Below are positions 51,585 through 64,000 of a stretch of DNA of 64,000 nucleotides, piece by piece. Numbering within the stretch: the stretch's first letter is position 1; every line of letters begins with the position of its first letter. Below the pieces are notes generated by a model. The model was not told the origin of the DNA. It searched no databases and worked only from the letters and a program-made list of their open reading frames with translations. The translations under genes and the position numbers were made by a program. Source of the stretch: Camelus dromedarius (Eukaryota); NCBI RefSeq assembly GCF_036321535.1, contig NC_087437.1, positions 31,870,001 through 31,934,000 on the forward strand, written 5' to 3'.

Positions 51585-52460
51585 CTGCAGACAAGAGAGG
51601 AGAACGGAAGCGCAGGGGTCAGGCGGGCCCGCACCAGGCGCCGCCGCCATTTTGTGCCGCCGCTCGCTTCCCTCCCCCTCCCCGCCGGTCCTCCCGTCGC
51701 CCCGCACCCTCCCGCCCCGGCACCCCGGGCCCCGGCTGGAAAGCCCGCGGGGGGTATCCCCACCCGGTCCCGGGACCCGGCGGTCCCGGGACGCAGCGGA
51801 GGGAACGGCGGGGCGGGGAGGCGCACCCGGTCGGCCCGGAGCACTGACCTGCGGTAGCCGGAGGAGAATGCCGGCGGCCTGGATGAGCTCGCAGCCCAGG
51901 ATGCGCAAGTCCGTCTCGCTGGGCAGGTCGAGCCCGTCCTGCATGGACGGAGTGGGCGAGAGCCGCTCCTCCGGAATCAGAGAGTGGTCGATGGTGAGCG
52001 AAACTTCCGAGTAGAGGCGGTCGCCGATCAGGATTCCTCCCGTCGTGGTCGTCGTCGTGGTCGTCGTCCCGGAGCTGGAGCCGCCTGCGCTAGGGGCGGC
52101 CGACGAGGCGGCGGCGGCAGCGGTCGCGGTCGGGTGAGGCCCGGACGCCATAGTCAGCGAGCTGCACGCACGCCTAACGCAGCCGGAACCCGAACTGAGA
52201 CTAACCAGCGTCCTCGGCGCGACGGATATTCCCGTGACCGCCGGGTTCTGGGCCGCTTCACGCAGCGTGCGCTTCCGCCCTGACGTCACCACGCCCGGCC
52301 GGCGCGCTCCAACGAGTCCCTTCAGGCCTCGTCGGCGCTCGCGCCCGCCCGGGTGCGGCGGCCGCTGGGTGGGACCCTCGTGACCGCGCGACTTCTCCGC
52401 TGGGGCCCCCCCCTCAGTGGTCTGTTTAGCTAAAACAAGTCGAAGCCGCCTCGTTTCTAA
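51560..52460. promoter_or_regulatory. CpG-island promoter of CCNL1
   Basis: Very dense CpG/GC; palindromic CRE TGACGTCA 52281-52288 abutting a GC box; YY1 motif GCCGCCATTTTG 51643-51654 in intron 1. Confidence 0.93.
51849..52151 (-). CDS. CCNL1: Cyclin L1 coding exon 1 (MASGPHPTATAAAAASS...GILLRLPQ)
   Basis: ATG at 52151-52149; donor CAG|GTCAGT; 303 nt. Confidence 0.98.
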
Positions 52461-55400
52461 TATTTTTAACCACAATAAGAGAGCTTTAAAAGCTTTACCC
52501 CCAATTTCTAGTCGGCAAGATTTACAATAACCTCGGTGCGTCTTTGATAATTTGTCTAGAACGTGCGTCTCTTTGTCCCGGTCTCTCGTATTCTAACTTT
52601 CCGCATCTGGGTGGCGCAGGTTGAGAGTATACAAAGGGAAGCGTCTGGCTTACCTTCGCCCGCATTGGCGGGTGGAAATGGTTCTCTCAGGTCGTGTACC
52701 CATGAACTTGTAACTTAAAGTGACCCGCAAGGAATCCGGAGAGGACTGCTTTTCAGTATTTTTAGGAAACGGGAATGTGAACAACATTGGTTCCCAAAAA
52801 AAGCTCTTCGATGAGCATGTGGTTCCCAGGGGTATCGAAGTAGGGCGAAAGCTTCGTAATGACTGGGAGGGCGGCTGCTTTAGCAGCTTCCCTTGCAAAA
52901 CTCAGGCCTGAGCCAGCGACTACGGCACAGATTTCATTAATCTGGAATATCCCTAGTTTCCAAAAATAGTTTTAGGGTGAGACTTTACAGAGGTAATGTG
53001 ATTATGCCCGGGAGTCTGTGTATTCATAAGTGGTTACTGTAGTTAGGTAGTAGGAGGGAAATCAATCTCTTGTGATTTTTCTTCCTCTGATGTTACTTAG
53101 CAATGCTCCAAATTTCTTTAGATTTAACAATGAAACTGATCCAAACTACTAGAGTCTAGAATTAGAGAAAAAGGAGTAGATCTTGGTTTATTCCAGCCTT
53201 TTTTTTTTTTTAATCCCATTCTTAGACCTCCTCGGAGACATCGTCCATGGGTGAGACGCCCCATTGCCTTTCTATTACGTCGCTCGGTTTTAAGGCTTAA
53301 TTTGTTTAATTATGAAAAGTGCATTGAAATTTGGATCTATAGAGCAAAGGGAGTTTGAATACATTTCAATATTGTCAGTGATGTCACTAAAGCAAAACAT
53401 ATTCAAAAACCTCATTAAAAAAAACATTAAATCAACCTTTGTTAAGACTTACATCTGTAGTTCTGAATCCTGGCTGCAGCTTTGGATCTTCTGGAGGGGT
53501 TTTAAAACACGCTGATGCCCTGAGCCTTACCTGTAGGAGTTGATGTAATTGATTTGGGGTGGGCCCATGCTCCAGTGATTGGAAGGTTCGGCCAGGACTG
53601 AGAAACATTACTCTAAGAGAGTGCGGTTCTGGTGCTGGTTAAAACACTTGACCTCTCTGTATGTTACCTCCTTCCCCTTTCTGACTAGGCTGCTTCCCAG
53701 GAAACTTCCCTGTCCAACATTCAGCAGGGATTTAAAATACTGTAACAAGCATTGAAACCTTTAAAAACTAATTGACGGTATGTGATTTTCCTGGTTCTGA
53801 GCATCCAGTATAGTTATGTAAGACAGTGTCACTGCGGAAAGCTGGGTGAGTGGTGCACAGGATCTTTGCGCTATTTTTGCAACTTCTTTTGAGTCTTCAA
53901 TTGTTTCAAAATAAAAAGTAAAAAAAAAAAAAACCTAATTGGTAATATGCTTCACTGAAACAGTGAGCCTCAATTAAATCACCACCTCTATTTGTAATGA
54001 CTTGAGAGTAACATAACTCATTTTTAAGACTATTGCTTAATGGGACAATTTTCTAACATTTAGAGGGTCTCCCACCAAGCCTCTCCAATAAGCCGACTTT
54101 GTGATGTCTTGATATGTTTTGCATTTTTAATCTCTAGGTCCATGATTAATCTAAGAAAGTTCCCAAGCATAGGAGTGAGAAGTTCTGGGAGAGGGAGGGG
54201 TTATTTGCTCTATTCCTGATATCTTTTCCCAGTGAGCCTCCCTGTTCCCCACCTTGTGTGTCTGGCAGTCATTTCAGAAGAGCAGAACTACCCAGACTAC
54301 TCCACAACTTTGTGCCCATTTCTCAGTCCCTTCTGACTGCACCCCAAATTATATCCACTAGATATGACCATTTTCACTATTCCTTCATTAAGCGTCAACA
54401 AAGGTGGTAGAGGAGATGGGCCAACATTTTATATGCTTAGCAGTAACTCATCAAACTGTGATGTTATTTTTCATTTTAACTTAAAAAAAAATTCCATGAC
54501 TAATCCAAAAGGTGGAAACTAATGGGTCTAGTGGCTCTGCTCCACAAGGTTGTCTAAGGACAAATGTTAAAAAAAAAAAATTATGACTATCCTTTTAAGG
54601 GTCAAATTCCAGAAAATTATGGTTTGGAAAACTTGTTACATTATTTCTGAGTTATTTTGAAAGAAGTTGTTTTTCCATGAACTTACTTCCAAAACATCAA
54701 CATTAAAATGTGGAAAGACTAAGACATATTCAGTTATAAAAGATCCAGAATTGGAAGGGGTAAAGAATGTTTTAATCGTATGAAAGCTTTAGTAGCAATG
54801 AGTTCAGGCAAGTGAGACTGTTCCATTAGTAAGGTAAAAGATCGAGTTGTCATTGGAAGAAGAAACAGAATGGTTAAGTCTAAGACATTTTGTGTATTCT
54901 TTCTCAACCAACAGAGGTCCTGCTAGTAGACCCTGAGTTCACCCATGTCTAAAAGGAAATCAGTGATAACTAAAATTGCATTTTTAGGTATCAAGACCTG
55001 CAGGCTTCTGACGATGTCTAAAGAGAAAAATGGAAATATCTGTGCCCCCCTGGGGCTACTGAACAATCATATTCCTGATGCTTAAATCAGTTCTCTTTAC
55101 AGTAGTCTCTGTAGCCTCTCAGAGGAGCATGTTTTTTCATTATTATTTAAACTTTCAGGTTTTTTAATCCTAAAATTATGATTGGTATAATTTCATTAAT
55201 TTCTTCAGCCATTGGTTAACCATAAGTAGACCAGCAGAGTTTAATGACACAGCACTGTAATTTAGGCAAAGGGTAAATGAAATGCAAGTCCCCACTTAGA
55301 GGGTAAGAAGGAGCTACCCTCTAAATAAAGGGAATGGTACACAAAGACAAATGTTAAGGCTATCAGTAAGTGCAAAAAGCAGGCAAAGAAGGCAGAACTC

Positions 55401-55879
55401 ATCATGGTTAATGTCAACAGGGAGAACTTATACACTTAAGTTGCTATTCAAGTTTCTATTTACAGCAGAAATCAGAGAGTATCTGACTTCAGGCATGAAC
55501 TATTCATATAGTTACATGACTGTTTTTCCTTTATTCTCATGGCAGTTATATTACAATATATTCTGGTCAGGTTGCTCTCATCATTAAAAATAGTCATTCT
55601 GAAAATGACATATATGTTATTAACACTTAGGCTTATACTGCTTGGTGAATCTCACAACAGCCCTGGCCTGGACATTCTGCTGCTGGCTCTGCTGAGAACT
55701 AGTTCTGACACTTAAGCAACACAGTTTTCCCTTTTTTTAAAATGAGGGAGTCCAACTGGGCAGGTCTAAAATGCTTTGACTTTGGTCATCCAGATATCTT
55801 GACTCATCTTTGGTTATTTCTTCTTTATTGTAAAGATGTCCTGTTGTTCCTTCCTTCAAGGGAGGAAATTGTTCTTGAA

Positions 55880-56590
55880 TCTGCCTGTTCTATTTTACTC
55901 TATCTGCTGTTATCTCATGCCTGGACCATTACAGTAGCTTTTTAAATGGTCTTCCTGCCTCCAGTCTCTCCCATCTCTTATTCATCCTGGGACATCTCTA
56001 AATCACTCTTAAAATACATTTCCTTCTTCTACTTCCTCCAAAAAAAAAAAAAGTTAGCGATAAAAGACAGATCAGACACCTTTTGTCAATTGAGGCTTTC
56101 CACGATCTAAACTTACCATGTCACTTCTTTCGTTACCCCATTACCACCTCACCTAATTCCCCTCTATGTCTCAACTTGAACTGAGCCCAGCTGGACCTGT
56201 CTCTTCATCAACACTTTACGTTCCTGATTTCACACTTACCCTCATTTTGTTTCTCAAGGCTGCAACATTCTTACTCTTCTGTTAATCCTTTTTTTCTTTC
56301 TGAGAGGCAGAGTAATTTTTTACATTTTGCCAGAAGCCTTCTCCACCTATCTAGCTCTTACTAGTTTCCCCTTCTTTGGACTCACACCTAGCTTTTATGA
56401 CCTTGAGTATACATTTTGACACGTGATTTCATACATCATGCATCATGCACTTGATCACTCCGTGGGTGAGTATATTGACTCCTTAAAAATAGGACCATTT
56501 TTGCATTTATTTTGCATCTCCACAGAACCTGATGGACACTGTGTACGTGGTAGATACTTAATCAGAGCTTGTGGACTGAATTGCATGTTT
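55880..56590. mobile_element. L2-like remnant
   Basis: CCTGGACCATTACAGTAGCTTTTTAAATGGTCTTCCTGCCTCCAGTCTCT...ACACTGTGTACGTGGTAGATACTTAAT. Confidence 0.6.
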
Positions 56591-57319
56591 TTCCCCAGTG
56601 CCTTGTATAGGTAGCCTGGTCTTGCCTTTTCCTTTCCATCCAGAAGCCAGTTCCATCCTGAAGTATCTTACTTCTACCACAACCCTCTCTCCCTAATAGG
56701 GAGCCACAGGCCCCCATTTATCCTGTTATTTCTGGAGCACTTTGTACAAATCAGCCTTGTTTCCACTTCTGCTCTATTCTGTGTCCTTACAGTGGGGCTA
56801 CTTAGACACCCTACCACCTCTGTTCTATACAGGTCTGGGCTGCAAAACAGGAGGCCTGTTGGAGTTGCTATACCCAGAGGTGTGGGGGGAAGAGGGGTAC
56901 AGGAGCTCACAGAAAGCAACACAGTGAAGTCCTTTGGTGTGTGAGTGTGGGCAGAGGCTCTGAGTTTTTGGAGGTGTGTCCAGAAATTGGGCATGTGTGA
57001 CTAAGAGTTAAGGCCAGTGCCAATTTGATAAACTGCACTATAAAGCCAACAAAACCACAGGTTTGCTTTTGGAGCTAAAGTTATTATCTAGTCTCATCTC
57101 TTTTTTTTCAAGTAAGGAAACTAAGGTCCAAAGAGAGGCTGCAAATAGCTACTCAGTAATTATCTGTGGATTGCAAACAATCCAATCAAGACGGCCTTTG
57201 GATGGATTCATTCTTTATGGTATTTAGTGTCAGAAATTGGCCAACTAGTCTTAGTTTTACTCAGCAATTTAAGAGTAAGGAGAGCTTGTTGGCATGACCT
57301 CCATATAGACCACATCAAG

Positions 57320-57470
57320 GGAGTGTGGCCCTGCCAACACCTGGACTTTGGCCCAGGGAAACTGATTTAGGACTTCTGCTTTACAGAACTGTAAGATAAT
57401 GTAAATCTGTGTTGTTTTCAGCCACTAAATTTGTTATAATTTTAAATAGCAGTTATAGAAAACCAATGCA
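57320..57470 (+). mobile_element. MaLR LTR 3' fragment
   Basis: GGCCCTGCCAACACCT...CAGAACTGTAAGA...TGTTGTTTTCAGCCACTAAATTTG. Confidence 0.7.
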
Positions 57471-60166
57471 GTGAGATTTGCCATTTCCTGATATTCTTTA
57501 AGAAATGCTTCTCAAACTTTAAGATGCATACAAATTACCTGGGTGGAACCTGAGAGCCCCATTTCTAAAAAACCTCCCAAGTGATGCTGAGGCTGCTAGC
57601 TGAAGAGCTACACGGCAAGGCTTTAAAGCACGTTAGATGATCTTATCTCTTTTGCTAATCTCAGTATGGAGGAAGTAAAACCCAATGGTTAAGAGTCCTG
57701 GAGGCTCTGGAGTTAACTTACTGGGGGGAAAAATCCTGTCATGCTACAACTTCAGGCAAATTACTTAATTTGCTTCAATTATTTAGGCACTTAAAAGTTC
57801 CGTTTTCTCACCAATAAGATGATACTAAGAACACCTACCACAAACTGTTGTTGTCAGGTGAAATGGTTATATGTTAATTAATTTTCTAGTCATTGGAAAT
57901 GCAAATTATTTACCTGATGTTGGCCAATGGTTGATGCCTGTTGTTTTGGACCCAAGGATTTTGGTCTGCCAGATGTGAAGAGTTTGTATTCATTCATTCA
58001 TTTTTAAACTCTTATTATTTATTGACAACTAAGTACCAGGCTCTATTCCAGGCATTGGGGATATGGTGATGAACAAGACAGAGTTTGCCTTCAAGGAGTT
58101 TGTAGATGATACACAGATATACAAATGTGATACTTCTGGTTAATGCTTTAAAAAAGGAAAATAAAAAGGATATCTGAGATAGATTAATAAGTGAACAAAA
58201 GGAAGTTCCAGCACAATATGTATATTGTGATTCCTTTTATATGAAATTAACTACATATATGATGAATTACTAGTAAAATAAAAATGCAAGCCTGTATTGT
58301 TTATTATTAGATTCAACAGACAAAATTATTCAGTCAAATAACCCTAACAATTCTGAGACATTCACTCTCAATTTCTGTACTTATTAAGGACCATAACAAA
58401 TAGTTCAGAGTTTGGTGCCAGTCCATGGGCCACTCTGAGTGGTATTACTCTTTGAATTTTTCAGTAGTGAACATATGTAACTTGTATATTTGCAATTAAT
58501 TAAAAATCCAATTCGGTATGATAACAGGAATAGGTACAAGGTAAAGAAATGGTTCTGTGGATGGGGTAATTCTATGAACAAAGCAGCTGGCAAACAGGAG
58601 GCAATATATGATCTAGGTTTCAAAGGCTACACAGGGATTTGTCAGAAGGGTAAGTGTGGAAGAGCATTTTAAGCAGAGGACAAACAGGAGCCAGGACAGG
58701 GAGGTATGAGATTGCTTGGTGTGTTGAGAAATGCAGGGGACATCTGTTGTTTTAGCCTGCCCAGCATCCTGTCTCCCTCCTTTCATTTTTCCATAGGGAC
58801 CCACAAGTTCTCCATTCTCAGTGTAGGTGGTTTGGGTGGGGCTGACCTCTTCCCCAGCATCTCCCATCCCCCTCCACTTCCTCCTAGTGATTGGTTCAAG
58901 ACAACAGCCAAGTGGACTTGGCTGTAGCCCTGGCCAGGGACAGGGAGAAAGGTGTTTGTTTCTGCTGGGACTGCTGAGGAGGATGTCAGCCTGGAGCTAC
59001 AGAGGAGAACCGGCTTGAGAATGGAGCCAGCAGAAAAAAGCAGAGAGCAGAGATAGAAACCCAATCCAGGACTTCATTTATGCCCCTCTTTCTAGCCGTA
59101 TTGTATATTCTACGCCTGGGATTTTCAGTTATGTGAACAAATAACTTCCTTTTTATTCCTTTATCTTAAACTTATATTAACTGAAAGAAGACTTACACGA
59201 GGAATGTTCTGGCATTCTAGAAAATAGTGTGTGTCTGTACAGCAGGGACTGAAGAGGCTGCAGAGGTGGGCAGGGGCTGGAATGTGAGGGGCTGGGGAAC
59301 AGGCCCTCATTTTTGGAGGCTTTCATGAGCTCTAGGGGGTGTAAAGCAGTGATTGCCTCAAGAAAAATTAAGAGTTATAAATCAGAAACTCTAATATTAA
59401 GACCATTTATTTCCTCAAGCTTTTTAGTAGCTCCATTTTTGTTCCCCTTTGTTTGTTTCCCTCTAACTGGGCCTAGGCAATCAAAAATAGAAAGGACCTA
59501 GCAAGTCGCTGAAAATGACATTTTAAAAAATGATTCCATTTTCCTTTTAAGGATTGAGAGTTATAATTTTATTTTGAGCAGTGAAGGAGCTGACCTCATT
59601 TAGTAGTGTTTTCTATTTCCAATAAGCATTCAACACAAGCAGTCTTTCACTGAAGAAACTTTTAGGAATAGGAAGAATCAGCTTTTCTGAAGCTCCCTTC
59701 ACATTTAATTAGTTTTCTCAGCGGGAACAGGAGGTAACTTCTGGGAATCTGAGTAACACATTAGCTATTTTGAATATTATAAAACAAAGATAAATGAGCC
59801 TCACATCAAGTTCCCTGCATAGTTACCACATCTCTTTAATATACAATTCCCTAGAGTTTTTGTCTTTTATAGAATTTTTCATGATTCCAGGTCAACTGTT
59901 TTGCAGCATGTCCCTTAATTTGTAGTTGTTAATGATTAAATTATTATTAGATTCAGGTTAAATGTTTTCCCAGAAACACTTCATAGATGATGAATCTTTC
60001 TCTAAGCTTCACAGCAAGTGACACTTGATGTCCAATTATTGTCCACTTTTCAGTTAATTTTGATTATTTGGTTAAGGTGGTGTCCACCAGGTTTATCCAC
60101 TGGAAAGGTACCCTTACACCTCTGTAATAAGTCATCTATGGGATGATTCTTTGATAGTGAGTAGTA

Positions 60167-60258
60167 TTTTTTTTAATGGAGGTATTGGGGATTGAACCTA
60201 GAATCTTGTGTATGCTAAGCATGCGCTCTACCATTGAGCTATGCCCTCCCTCCCCCCC
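60167..60258 (-). mobile_element. tRNA-derived SINE, short form
   Basis: GGGGATTGAACCTAG...ATGCTAAGCATGCGCTCTACCATTGAGCTAT tRNA-like head with T tail. Confidence 0.82.
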
Positions 60259-60818
60259 TTTTTTTTGCATTCTTACTAACAGATTTTATATACATTATTT
60301 CAAAGAAGAAAAATGGCTCAATATGAAAGTTTGTAGAATTGGAAAGAATTATTTCAACAAACCTCTAGTGAGTACCCACTAAACTATATTACACTACATG
60401 CTAAGACCAAAGAGGGGAAGACTGGCCAGTAAACAGAATTCCGTAGAGTGACAAAGACCACATTAAATGTGAGGAAAGGGAAATTCAAAGAAATGAAATG
60501 ATGAAGATTTTAGATTGAGTAGCAGAGGTGAGGTTAGAACTCCGGTTTTCCTGATGCCCAATCCAGTGACAGTCCGTGACAGCATCCAAAGGCTCTAAGG
60601 TAATGCTGTTTCTCCGGGGTAGATGTAACATTGGTTATTACAGCAAGAATAATTCACCTTACTGTGTAACCAAAGAACAAGCTTTCTCCAGGCCCACCAC
60701 AGGTGCTTTAGAAGAACTGTTATTTAGAGTGATTTAAATAATGTACCCTGTGACATTAAACTCACTGGAGACCTAGTCTAGTTTTGTCCCAGGGTAATGT
60801 TTCCTCATAGTGGCAGTG

Positions 60819-60840
60819 ACACACACACACACACACACAC
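60819..60840. repeat. (AC)11 microsatellite
   Basis: Direct reading. Confidence 0.95.
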
Positions 60841-61559
60841 AACCGGATATTGCTCACCTGCCACACCTTGAAACTACAACAGAACACAATTTTCTACTAT
60901 TCACAAATCATGACACAATTCAGAGCTATCTAAATCCTACAGCCTATGAGCAACTGCTTACAGCTGATACATAATTGCTTTATAGTGTACAGTCTCTTCA
61001 TACATTATCACCGGAATCTCAAAAGCAATCCAGTGACTCCTTAAGCTGGGAAGCATAGATGGGTGGGAGATGTCTGCTGGGTTACTGTTTGCCTTTAGGT
61101 TTAAATGTATCTAGAGTATAACCAATTTTCATAATAGACACATAAGGGAAATAGTCTTATACATACATTTAATCATCAGTTTATACTTCTTCATTCAGTT
61201 CCAGCAGGATTATCGCGGCTTCCAACTTAAAAGCTGGATCTGGAGGTGGGCTGTTTTAGGCATTATTCTGGTGAATGATGAGATTTCTTTTCGGCTGTTT
61301 TGGCTCTGTAGACCCTGAAGTCCCAACCTGGTCTCTTCCCTGAGCTGAGGGAATTCAGGGAGAAATAGGTGGTTGCAGGGAAGACAAAAGCCGGAAAAGC
61401 TCCATTGTACTCCCTTCTCAATAGTTTCAGGAACTGGTTTTAAACGTGAAGGCCACGTATCATTTGCCCTTTGTTCACTCTTCTCAATAAGGAACCAACG
61501 TTCCGCCTCCTTTAAAGAAGCGAATTTAATTAAACAGGTAATCATTACGGCATTTACAA

Positions 61560-62260
61560 TTTTTACGTAAGGACTCTGGCGATAACTCCTTCCTCCAGCT
61601 GCTAAAGGGCCACCTCAGATCTAGAGGCAGGTTTCCCGAATGGCTCTGCCGTGGGAGAAGTGGACGAAGGGGACGATCAACTAGAAAGTCCTTTTCCCCT
61701 CTCAACCAGCTCGGCGCCAGCCTGGTGCCCACACCCGGACACAAGTGCCCTGAGTGCACCCCCAGCCCCATCCCACCCCAGGGCCCGCTGCCCCCGCCAA
61801 GCCCGCAGACAACAGCGCTCAGCTCTGCCACTGAACACGTGCAAGACCTGGCTGGGCTGGCGTGGACTCCGGGGGCGAAATGATTTCACAACGAGCGAGA
61901 GGGAGGAGCGCGCCTCTTCATCACTTCTAGGAAGGCTGCAGCCTGCCAGGCCGCGACGGCAACCGGGAAAAACCACTCACGAGCCGTAAAGACGGCGACT
62001 CCAGGGCCACGCCCCGCGCACGCGCGCCGCGCTCTGCCTTCGCGTCGCGATCTTGCGGCTCCCTCCGCCAGCTGCCGGATCTAGCTCGTCGGCCTTCTCC
62101 ATCCGCCGGCCTTCCGTCTCTGCGCGGTCGGCTAGTCACCGGCCCCTCCCTCCGCCCCCCGCGGCGCCGGCCTCTTGTGACGTCATTAGAAGAATCCTCC
62201 CGCTTAGTCGTAATCTGATGCCAAGCGCGGGGCTGGCGGGGTGGGGAGGTCGTCTGTTCC
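61560..62260. promoter_or_regulatory. Second CpG island, promoter-like, no associated coding exon
   Basis: Dense CpG; CRE 62178-62185; NRF1 motif CGCGCACGCGCG 62015-62026; GAS TTCTAGGAA 61925-61933; TTACGTAA 61563-61570; GC box. Confidence 0.8.
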
Positions 62261-62808
62261 TCCTCTGGCCTGAACAGCTCTTGGAAAGGAAACCTCTTTT
62301 GTAATTTCCTAAGACTTCAAATTAAGCCTTTAAACTGTGCCCGTTTCCTGAAAAGGGTGAAAACGACCCCACACCCTAGTTGATCTCCTTTCAACCTGGG
62401 AGCTCTGTTAAAAGGGAACTACAAACTGTGTTATTTGGGTGTATTTGGAGGCTTTTGCTTGTCGTTTTGTGTGTTCCCTTAGTGTGTAAAGGGGACGACT
62501 GACATCCATAAAATGAAAGCTTTGTATATCGAGGCTGGGATAAGCATTACCTCATCTGGCTTGATGAGATTTCAATTTAGTTTTGTAACCTTAAAGCCAA
62601 CACACAAAAAAAGAGGTGTATCAAAAATAAAATATGAACTTAAACTTACAAGGGGCAAAGGTTTTGCGTACCTTTTACAGACGATAAAATAGACCCAAAG
62701 ATTTCTGTGATCTGCCCCAGAGGGGTGGAATTCAGGCCAGGTCAATACTGTGTCCAGCTTGACGAAGGCTGTCTTTAGAACCCGCTGGGCCTAAGCGTTT
62801 TTTGCCTG

Positions 62809-62839
<31 letters not shown>

Positions 62840-63076
62840 CCTTCTCCCTCACTTGTCTTTTTCTACTTTCCATGATTTTGGTTTTCTTCCTGAGGTCTCT
62901 TCTTGTATCTCCTCACTCCTCCTTTGCTTTCTCTATTTCTTTGACTTCCTCTTTTTTTTTTTTTTTTTTTTTGATAGTTGAGCCAGCCTTTCCTTCCTCC
63001 TTTAAATGCCTCTCCCTTAGATGACCATAAAAGGAAATAAACAGAAGAATTTTTTAAAGTTGTTTTTTTTTTTTTT
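62809..63076. repeat. Pyrimidine-rich low-complexity tract with three poly-T runs
   Basis: T runs at ~62809-62837, ~62951-62972 and ~63063-63076. Confidence 0.85.
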
Positions 63077-63957
63077 GCTTTAAGTGTTTTTTGGGGGGGA
63101 GGGGTAAATTCGTGTATCGTTAGATACACATTTTCTTCTTATAGCTGCCTCCTACATTCTTCTGTAGATGTTCAGGGAAAGCAGGAAGTGTATATGAGGA
63201 GAGAGAGAATAGTGAATAAAAGTGAGGGAGTGTGTGGTGAGCGGTTTAGAATCAGAAACAGGAGAAAAAAATTATATAAACAGAGAGGTGCTCTAAATGC
63301 TACAAGACTCAACTCGGAAATAACAACATAGTAGGTTCTATAAAACCCAAGAGACACATCACTTCCAGTCAACCCCTGTGCACGCCTCTGTGATACATTG
63401 CCTCAGATGATGTGTCTTTCACCGAGTAAACCTGTAGCTTTAGCTGCCCCAGAAGAAATAATCATAGGGGTTCTATCTGTGAAATAATAATATACCAGGG
63501 GCTCCAGACTACATGCCAGCCTGAAGGCTTCTCAACGTGGTGGCCCCTGTTCTCAGTTCTGCCAGTGGATGTTGTTACTCTTGTTCTGCACTTGGGGAAC
63601 CTAAAGAACAGGGAGTCACTTGCTTAACATGACAGGAGGCAGAGCCTTTTCTGCTATTTCCAATTCTGTGGTCTCTGAGCGAACATGCCTACTAATAAGG
63701 AATTCATATCTAATTTAAAATGAGTAATACAATTCACTAACATATACTATTGCCAGCTGACTGATGTATGCTCTCTTATTACCAATTTCTCTGTTGGTGT
63801 TGTTTTATTGTGCTTGGTCAACAAAAACTTGCAGAAGTTGGTTGGGAACATAGTTTGTATTTTGCCAAAACATTTGAAGGTACTCCTGAAGTTTGGTTTA
63901 TGTTTTAGTTCCCTATATGAAAGAAAATGCACTGCTCTGTATTCCATAATTTAAAAA

Positions 63958-64000
63958 TTGTGAGAACCTTGAGGGCATTATGCTAAGTGAAATGAGTCAG
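63958..64000 (+). mobile_element. Start of an L1 3' fragment running off the window
   Basis: GAACCTTGAGGGCATTATGCTAAGTGAAAT. Confidence 0.7.

Larger units (their letters stand above)
39710..52300 (-). other. CCNL1: CCNL1 (cyclin L1) gene span, 11 coding exons; TSS and cleavage site approximate
   Basis: Spliced ORF of 303+75+110+121+65+100+105+142+112+99+349 = 1581 nt (526 aa + stop), with N-terminal Ala/Thr tracts, cyclin boxes and a C-terminal RS domain. Confidence 0.98.

Noticed and set aside
51402..52475. 357-aa ORF extending upstream of the CCNL1 ATG and through intron 1
   Set aside because: Begins at a non-ATG codon in the promoter; openness reflects GC-rich, stop-poor sequence; the real protein is spliced
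1..64000. CRISPR arrays, operons, rRNA, snoRNA or miRNA genes
   Set aside because: No regularly spaced repeats or recognisable RNA-gene signatures; the intron-5 hairpin is too bulged for a confident pre-miRNA call

Overview
Mammalian (very likely camelid, from vic-1-like tRNA-derived SINEs) genomic DNA containing the complete cyclin L1 gene CCNL1 on the minus strand. It has 11 coding exons, all GT-AG, from ATG 52151 to TGA 40219 (1581 nt, 526 aa), a CpG-island promoter and a poly(A) signal near 39.73 kb. Two regulated alternative exons are visible: the intron-3 exon giving a 172-aa ...SDQLHLPKPG* product and the intron-5 exon giving a 232-aa ...WVVHDGKS* product. The intron-5 exon carries a perfect internal 5' splice site (14-nt micro-exon) followed immediately by a ~140-nt nested RNA hairpin, which is the best candidate here for an under-described regulatory device. 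Positions 1-38 kb are non-coding: an AP-1/ARE-motif-rich enhancer-like region with two CTCF motifs, small CpG-rich patches, many SINE/LINE/MaLR/MER repeats and a TSD-flanked retrocopy of what looks like the H3F3A 3' UTR. A second, ORF-less CpG island with promoter motifs lies at ~61.6-62.3 kb. Nearly all other entries in the ORF track are chance ORFs. No prokaryote-type systems are present. All analysis was by eye; family names and human comparisons are from memory, not searches.
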